A stretch of 58,042 bases of DNA, from assembly GCF_001194135.2 (NCBI RefSeq), contig NC_068982.1, positions 167,806,746-167,864,787 on the forward strand, given 5' to 3'. Under the pieces are notes generated by a model, which was given only the letters and a program-made list of their open reading frames with translations, did no database searches and was not told the DNA's origin. This document shows positions 49,960 through 58,042 of the stretch, in pieces. Origin of the DNA: Octopus bimaculoides (Eukaryota). The translations under genes were made by a program, and so were the position numbers. The first letter of the stretch is position 1. Every line of letters begins with the position of its first letter.

Positions 49960-50100
49960 ACTCTAGTGTTTAGCGCTGAGTTCATGAGTTCCTGGTTCCG
50001 ATCCCTGAAAAGGGCGATGTGTAGTGTCCTTGGACAGGACTCTTCATCTAATGTTGCTTCCGTCTTATCATTTGAAAAAGTACCAGCTGTTCTATGTGTG
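49960..50100 (+). mobile_element. Decayed tRNA-derived SINE head (family D-like)
   Basis: TAGTGTTTAGCGCTG A-box-like, GGTTCCGATCCC B-box-like, GTAGTGTCCTTGGACAGGAC. Confidence 0.5.
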
Positions 50101-50433
50101 CCATAAATATCGCCATCCGTTTTAGAGAAAAATTTGTAGTTTAGAATCAGTAGTTCTTTGACTGCTATTTCTAAATTTTCAGTATGTTGGAGAAGCAACT
50201 CAATTGCTAATCCCTTATATTTATGATGATAAATGGTCTTACCGATAAAGGTTTTTTTTCATACTGAACTACTTGGCAAAATTGTTAATTATTAATTCTA
50301 TTATTAATTGACGATTCCCTGCCCTCATTTCTTGTATATTTTATATTTGATATCTCTAAGTTGGATGGTTAAACCGTAATCCATCCACACGGGACTTCTT
50401 TTCATACGGGACTATTTGTGACGCACATGGAAT

Positions 50434-51423
50434 NNNNNNNNNNNNNNNNNNNNNNNNNNNNNNNNNNNNNNNNNNNNNNNNNNNNNNNNNNNNNNNNNNN
50501 NNNNNNNNNNNNNNNNNNNNNNNNNNNNNNNNNNNNNNNNNNNNNNNNNNNNNNNNNNNNNNNNNNNNNNNNNNNNNNNNNNNNNNNNNNNNNNNNNNNN
50601 NNNNNNNNNNNNNNNNNNNNNNNNNNNNNNNNNNNNNNNNNNNNNNNNNNNNNNNNNNNNNNNNNNNNNNNNNNNNNNNNNNNNNNNNNNNNNNNNNNNN
50701 NNNNNNNNNNNNNNNNNNNNNNNNNNNNNNNNNNNNNNNNNNNNNNNNNNNNNNNNNNNNNNNNNNNNNNNNNNNNNNNNNNNNNNNNNNNNNNNNNNNN
50801 NNNNNNNNNNNNNNNNNNNNNNNNNNNNNNNNNNNNNNNNNNNNNNNNNNNNNNNNNNNNNNNNNNNNNNNNNNNNNNNNNNNNNNNNNNNNNNNNNNNN
50901 NNNNNNNNNNNNNNNNNNNNNNNNNNNNNNNNNNNNNNNNNNNNNNNNNNNNNNNNNNNNNNNNNNNNNNNNNNNNNNNNNNNNNNNNNNNNNNNNNNNN
51001 NNNNNNNNNNNNNNNNNNNNNNNNNNNNNNNNNNNNNNNNNNNNNNNNNNNNNNNNNNNNNNNNNNNNNNNNNNNNNNNNNNNNNNNNNNNNNNNNNNNN
51101 NNNNNNNNNNNNNNNNNNNNNNNNNNNNNNNNNNNNNNNNNNNNNNNNNNNNNNNNNNNNNNNNNNNNNNNNNNNNNNNNNNNNNNNNNNNNNNNNNNNN
51201 NNNNNNNNNNNNNNNNNNNNNNNNNNNNNNNNNNNNNNNNNNNNNNNNNNNNNNNNNNNNNNNNNNNNNNNNNNNNNNNNNNNNNNNNNNNNNNNNNNNN
51301 NNNNNNNNNNNNNNNNNNNNNNNNNNNNNNNNNNNNNNNNNNNNNNNNNNNNNNNNNNNNNNNNNNNNNNNNNNNNNNNNNNNNNNNNNNNNNNNNNNNN
51401 NNNNNNNNNNNNNNNNNNNNNNN
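50434..51423. other. Assembly gap
   Basis: N run. Confidence 1.
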
Positions 51424-51460
<37 letters not shown>

Positions 51461-52084
51461 TATAATCAGTTACTTGTTCATAAGGCAGAAAAAAATCACA
51501 CTCAATATCAGAAATAGAACTGGTGTATTTATATATTGTCAAATGGTTATATAATAACACTGGTCAGAATTTTGCCGAATTTTACCACTCGACAACATTT
51601 ACGACTCTTCAGAGACGCTGGCCATAGACGCACAGCATCGTTATTCCACATTGGCTGGTGTTAGCTATGGTTGAAGTGCGTTGTCTTGTTCAAAGAAGAA
51701 CATGGCCACGCTGACTAACGGAATTTGCGATCATGAGGGCAATATTCCAAAATGTTTGTGTTCAGGAAGCGCCTGGATAATGTGGATATTTTAGAATGAT
51801 TCTTTCTTCGCTAAACAGAGTCTACTTTCATAAAGATACGACCCAGAACGTTCTAGCAAATTTTAGGTGATGTCGCATAGCATTGTGTTCTCTTTTGATT
51901 GTTACATATAGCTGGTTAATACTATGACATTATACCATTCCTGAATCGTAAATGAGTATCTGTAGCTATTCAGTCAGGCCTTAAAGGATACACTATGTTG
52001 TCTCGACCTAATTATATGTAAGTAGATGATGGACAATGTAGTTCATGTCCGATGCTACTGCTTTTTCGCGAACTAGGGTTTTGT

Positions 52085-52232
52085 GCTACATCGACCACAG
52101 TGTTACTCATTTACAGCTGAGTGAAACAGAGGAACGTGAAACGAAGTGTTTGCTCAAGCATACAGCGTACTGCCCAGCCGGCGAATCTAAACAATGATGT
52201 CATGACTCAACCATTAGGCCACTCGCTTTCAC
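52085..52232 (-). mobile_element. SINE family D-like 5' part
   Basis: ACTCATTTACAGCTGAGTG...GGAACGTGAAA...GTGTTTGCTCAAG is the reverse complement of the SINE D motif at 15447-15480. Confidence 0.6.
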
Positions 52233-52261
52233 ATTCTTTTATTCTTTTACCCTTTTACTTG

Positions 52262-52388
52262 TTTCATTCTGTGGCCATGCTGGAGCACCACCCTCAGTCG
52301 AGAAAATCGATCTCCAGGATCTATTCCTTGTAAGCCCAGTACTTATTCTATCGGCCTCTTTTCCCGAACCACTACGTTACGGGGACGT

Positions 52389-52442
<54 letters not shown>

Positions 52443-52616
52443 TATACGACAGGCTTCTTTTAGGTTCCGTCTACCAAATCCACTCAGAAGGTTTTGGTCG
52501 GCCCGAGTCTATAGTAGAAGACACTTGCCTTGCCCAAGGTACCACGCAGTGGGACTGAACTCAGAACCACGTTGTTTGTTAAGCAAGCTACTTACCACAC
52601 ACTCACTCCTGCGCCT
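52262..52616 (-). mobile_element. SINE family C with internal (CA)n
   Basis: Full body and head (...CTTACCACACACTCACTCCTGCGCC) matching 46180-46555. Confidence 0.92.
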
Positions 52617-53208
52617 TTAAAGTCTGTGAGAAAGAGCCAGTGGTATCAGGGTTGGAAGAATTCTACAAGAGTTCAGTTTACCGAAGTAACCACATGGCTA
52701 AGCCTACGCTTGTATGTATAATAGTAAAATATTCTGAAACCATTAAAAATAGTTCCCATAAAGTATTTTATATGAAATTCATAATAAATTGACTTTAAGT
52801 CAGCTTATGAACACACACGGCTAAAAGGAAAAATATAATAAAAATGTCATGCATACATATTATTTGAGCGACATATTTTCACTTCAAAATGCCTAAATCA
52901 AAATTGAAGATTAGCTCTATATTTGGTGACGTCTGGAAAAAAAATATGGATTTCACTGTTTACTGATATATATATATTCATATGAAATCATTCGTGAGTA
53001 ATGCTTCGGTCTTAATGTTGTTTTTTCGATATTTATTTTCGATTTAGTGACCATTTAATTTTCATTGTATAATTGCAAGGGAAATAGAAAACATCAATCA
53101 CCATATTAAACACAAAAACATGAATAAATAAATAAATAAATGAAAAAGAAAAAATAAGTTTTCTTGTATTTTGTATTTTCAATATTCTCTCTTATTGACA
53201 ATAGGTGG

Positions 53209-53892
53209 NNNNNNNNNNNNNNNNNNNNNNNNNNNNNNNNNNNNNNNNNNNNNNNNNNNNNNNNNNNNNNNNNNNNNNNNNNNNNNNNNNNNNNNNNNNN
53301 NNNNNNNNNNNNNNNNNNNNNNNNNNNNNNNNNNNNNNNNNNNNNNNNNNNNNNNNNNNNNNNNNNNNNNNNNNNNNNNNNNNNNNNNNNNNNNNNNNNN
53401 NNNNNNNNNNNNNNNNNNNNNNNNNNNNNNNNNNNNNNNNNNNNNNNNNNNNNNNNNNNNNNNNNNNNNNNNNNNNNNNNNNNNNNNNNNNNNNNNNNNN
53501 NNNNNNNNNNNNNNNNNNNNNNNNNNNNNNNNNNNNNNNNNNNNNNNNNNNNNNNNNNNNNNNNNNNNNNNNNNNNNNNNNNNNNNNNNNNNNNNNNNNN
53601 NNNNNNNNNNNNNNNNNNNNNNNNNNNNNNNNNNNNNNNNNNNNNNNNNNNNNNNNNNNNNNNNNNNNNNNNNNNNNNNNNNNNNNNNNNNNNNNNNNNN
53701 NNNNNNNNNNNNNNNNNNNNNNNNNNNNNNNNNNNNNNNNNNNNNNNNNNNNNNNNNNNNNNNNNNNNNNNNNNNNNNNNNNNNNNNNNNNNNNNNNNNN
53801 NNNNNNNNNNNNNNNNNNNNNNNNNNNNNNNNNNNNNNNNNNNNNNNNNNNNNNNNNNNNNNNNNNNNNNNNNNNNNNNNNNNNNNNNNNNN
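53209..53892. other. Assembly gap
   Basis: N run. Confidence 1.
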
Positions 53893-54656
53893 TATATATA
53901 TATATATACATATATTATACAAGCGTTTAGATGCGTACAACATCGCGTAGGTAGAGTAACGTTAATATGGAATAAATAATATCGAAGCACAAAAATATAA
54001 CAGTGAGAAATCAATAAAATTGGGTATAGAGGGACAGAGAGGTTAAGAAAAATAGAGGGAGAAAGAGAGAGAGAGGGGGGGGGAACGGAGGAGAGAGAGA
54101 TGAAAGTAAACATGCATATGCACACAACGCAGACGCACGCGCGTCTATACATGTATGAATTCAAATGCACACACATACATGCGCACACACATACATGCAA
54201 ACACACGTACATAAACATACTGTATGCGTACTTTTACTTTCTGTCACCTTGAGTTCTGTCCCATTTTCGCACGTATTCACAAAACAACATGCATACAAAC
54301 AATAAACATGCCTGTACTTATGCATACACCCACCCACTCACCAACACTTCCATAGAGACGTGCATAGACTCACACATACACGCAGACACTCACATACACA
54401 TATATTTCTCCTTCGTATATGTATTCATACAGTGAATAATGACTATAACCAAATTAGTTTTTGGGAATCTTTCATTACCATACAATTTACATATATCACG
54501 TCAAATGATGTCTGCTAATCTCCGTAGTTCTATCACACAAACGATTCAAGGAAGAAACAACACACACACATACACACACACACAAGCATATATTCATATA
54601 TATATATACATATTTATGTGTATATAAGTACACAGACACACAGACACACACACACC

Positions 54657-54687
<31 letters not shown>

Positions 54688-55503
54688 GTTCGTACATATA
54701 CGTATACATGTACACACACACACACACACACGCACACACACACACACATATATATATAGATATATATTTATAAAAATACTTATACACCTACATGTATGTT
54801 TGTATACATGTGTTTGTCTGATGATCTGCCTTTCGAACCGTTCTCCTTACAGTTTCCAACATAGTCGAGTACCAACGGGGCAAACCTCTCACTCATGGAT
54901 TTGTTGGTTTAGTTTTATTGTCTGGCGTGTCGGTTATGCTGACAATTTTTATTTGGTCCTTACCAATAAATCAATGTACTAGTTTTCTTATATTATTGTC
55001 CATTGCTCGTTCTACCTCTGAGTTTTACATTAAAGCTACAAGTGTCTATGGAATTCTCAACTACGTAGAAGACATTATTTATTAGTAGCTGATTTTTTAC
55101 GACAGACCCCTTTGATTCCTATTTTATTCGGATCTAGCCCCATAGCCATTCGATGTTTAAAAAATCATAATGTATTTTGATAATTAAATATTATTAGGAA
55201 TTGTATAAAAATAAATTGTGGACATATATTGTGTATTGTAAAAGTATAACTAATTTATTGTAGATAAATTTTAACAACAAAATCTTATAGGGAGTCCGGT
55301 TGAAAGTCACTTGTCTAGAACGATATAGAATCTATTTGCTGTACGATTACACTCAGTTGTATACGATTCCACTTAATTGTAAGTTTTATGCGATTAACCT
55401 AACACGCATAATAGGCAAGGAGTTATGAAATTTAGCTCATTATTAAAAGTAATGCATTGCGTTGATGCTACACATGTAAGAATTATATAATGCATGGATA
55501 ATA

Positions 55504-56403
55504 TAAGGTCTGATCAATAAATATCCGGACTGTTGCTATAGTAAGGGAGTTAAAGTACACAGAGTGAAGCCGCTCGGCACAGATTGATCTTGAACTTGGC
55601 TGTGCATGTGCACTAAGTTTCAACGTTCTAGATCACTTCCGCTGTTTACAGCAGTGCTTCAGAGGAAGGTGTATAGCGTGTGATCGTCGCATTGACCCTC
55701 ACAGAGAAAAATGTCATGGTGATACCTGCTCAGAGGCCTACGCAAAGTTGCAGAAAGTGTATGAAAAGGAGTGTATGAGTCGCACACAAGTGTGTGGTTG
55801 GTTCAGACATTTCCAAGATAACCGAAAAATGTCGATATTGACAAACGTTCTAGGAAACCCGCAACCAGTAGAACTGAGAAAAACATCGCAGATGTGCGTG
55901 CAGCTGTGAGGTGAAAGCGTCGAATCACCATTCGTGAATTATCAGAGGATGTGCAAATTAGTTACGGTTCAGTTCAGTCCATTATCACAGAAGATTTGGG
56001 TATGAGCCGTATGTCTACCAAGTTTGGTCCAAAAGTGCTTTTAACTGACGAAAAAGACACTCGGGTTTCAGTCGCACAAAATCTCACTGATCGTGTCGAA
56101 AAAAATGTAAGCGTTTTGAAAACTTTGCGTAGGCCTCTGAGCAGGTATCACCAAGCTTTTGAAAAGATTTGATGCAGATTACCTACTCAAATTTCTTTGT
56201 CATGGTCAATACGATAATCACACGCTATACACCTTCCTTCTAAGCACTGCTATAAACAGCGGCAGTGAACTAGAATGCTAAAACTTACTGCACATGCACA
56301 CACAGTAGAGTGCAAAGTTAATATATGCTAAGCATCTTTACTCTACGTGCTTTAGCTTCGTTACTATGGCAACAATTCAGGTTCCTTTTTGTCACACCGC
56401 TTA
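55504..56403 (+). mobile_element. Non-autonomous mariner derivative with about 250-280-bp inverted arms (fourth family)
   Basis: 55504-55749 is mirrored by 56121-56403; the interior encodes decayed HTH domains (AYAKLQKVY...WFRHFQ...RRITIRELSEDVQISYGSVQSIITEDLGMSR...) and stops before the TGDE catalytic motif; TA at both ends. Confidence 0.88.
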
Positions 56404-57344
56404 TATTTTCAACATATGGATAACACGGTTTGTGTACTTATATATGGCTTGCTTATATTTTCCTATTGTTCAATTTAAGCTTTTTATTATGTATTGGTAA
56501 AAAATTCTTTTTTGAAGTTTTTAAATTCCTTTCGAGGTTCTTGTAAAGTCATTAGGCTAGCAATAATGGCATTAGTTGCATGATCGTTTGGTTCTGGATG
56601 CAATTTTCGGATGGGGTAGCTTGTTATATCCATTGGAAAAGTAGTTCATATGCTACTCCAACACAACTGAACATTAGTTCCAATTGCGCCTGGAGATTAA
56701 TTAACTCTGTAACAAACTGATGTACTTGTCAAGAGTCAGTTCTTTTACTCTCAGTTAAACCCCTTGAAAATCAGGCTAAGCTCCGACCTCATGCAGCTGT
56801 TCGGCTTGAGGCAGGCTTTCATATTCCTTAATTATCTCAACTTAACCAGAATAAAATGTCCCTGCAATGAGTCACACTCCAGAGAACAATTATGATCACG
56901 CGGTTTAAGAAAAATTAATTGAGAGAATCAAAATCATGTGATTGGAATATATATTTTTACAATATATATCTCCAATAAATATATACACGTGCAATAATTT
57001 TATTATACAATTACAAAGATAAAATGCACCGATATCTCAACTTCAATAGTATGTAACTCGTTGAAATGACAAGGAAAATATTTTAAAATACTTAATTCTT
57101 TTGACATCAGCCATGAAAATATATAAAGTGCATTCATATGAACATATTAAATTGATAGCTTCAAGTCTCATTTATTCCTATATAACTAAATGTTCAATTT
57201 TAAGGTACATTTTGTTTATTTTTTTCCCAAGGTTGGAAAACATGTGATGTAATAATAGGAATAACGGTATCTTCATATATAATAGACCGAATTATGAGAA
57301 TATCCAGATCATATATGCAGTTAATTCCACGGTGTGGAATGAAT

Positions 57345-57346
57345 GA

Positions 57347-57396
<50 letters not shown>

Positions 57397-57452
57397 AGAC
57401 ATATGCACACACACATGCACGCACACATATATGCACATGTACAATTTATACA

Positions 57453-57520
<68 letters not shown>
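57345..57520. repeat. Compound (TCTA)n / (CATA)n / (TA)n microsatellites
   Basis: Direct read. Confidence 0.95.
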
Positions 57521-57523
<3 letters not shown>

Positions 57524-57923
57524 TGCATAAAATACGCATCCTGCGTATCATGCAATTAGCACAGTAAGCACTCCATTCGGAATCTGCTATCAGTCAACGT
57601 AGTAATCAATGCAATATAGTGTAAAATAATGTGTCCGTGTAACTGAAAATCCAGAAAATCCGAACGATAAATATTTCCGAGAAGAGTAAATAAGGCGTAA
57701 ACTCAGGATGTGTGACAAGTGAAGATGAATATATTTTTCCACATGACTTCCATATAATTACAGCTGTTTCATAAACTTCTTTGTATTCATTATGCAAAAT
57801 CACAGATACATGTTTACATGGACATGTATACACAGCGTTATACCATAACATTAACCAATTAATGTAAATAAACAAAGTTAATTCAACAGATCGCCGGAAC
57901 TCGTTTACACGCACTAACGCAGA

Positions 57924-57964
<41 letters not shown>

Positions 57965-57966
<2 letters not shown>

Positions 57967-58042
57967 TAGCAGCTAACCTCGGTTTCACCTGGTCTGTTTG
58001 GATGATGTGGCTGTGATCGTTTTCGGTTAGGGATAATCTATA
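57965..58042 (+). mobile_element. Probable 5' end of a Helentron/DINE-like element after (TA)n, cut by the window edge
   Basis: ACTAGCAGCTAACCTCGGTTTCACCTGG resembles the 34576 start. Confidence 0.4.

Noticed and set aside
50402-54218. Longest ORFs in the track (239-382 aa)
   Set aside because: They are almost entirely X from N gaps plus microsatellite translation.

Overview
AT-rich (microsatellite-dense) eukaryotic genomic DNA from a gapped draft scaffold (six N-runs). The SINE, mariner and microsatellite content resembles octopus/cephalopod DNA; this is inference, not a database result. I find no confidently supported host protein-coding gene, rRNA, true tRNA gene or CRISPR array. The window reads as a large intron or intergenic tract. 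It holds at least four tRNA-derived SINE families (labelled A-D here), several 5'-truncated R4/Dong-type (restriction-like endonuclease) non-LTR retrotransposons associated with (TAA)n, four decayed mariner elements, mariner-derived MITEs, Helentron/DINE-like elements, minisatellites and older LINE/LTR relics. The most interesting signals are: (1) a minimal short-stem-III hammerhead ribozyme motif (minus strand, 36343-36388) inside a repeat that also has a tRNA-like B-box head; (2) a fold-back mariner derivative whose 3' end is replaced by an inverted copy of its own 5' ~280 bp; (3) head-to-tail stacks of R4/Dong elements and SINEs inserted into each other's trinucleotide tails; (4) a conserved double hairpin shared by two SINE families; (5) a candidate 18-nt microexon. 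All alignments and folds were done by eye, so boundaries of decayed repeats are approximate.
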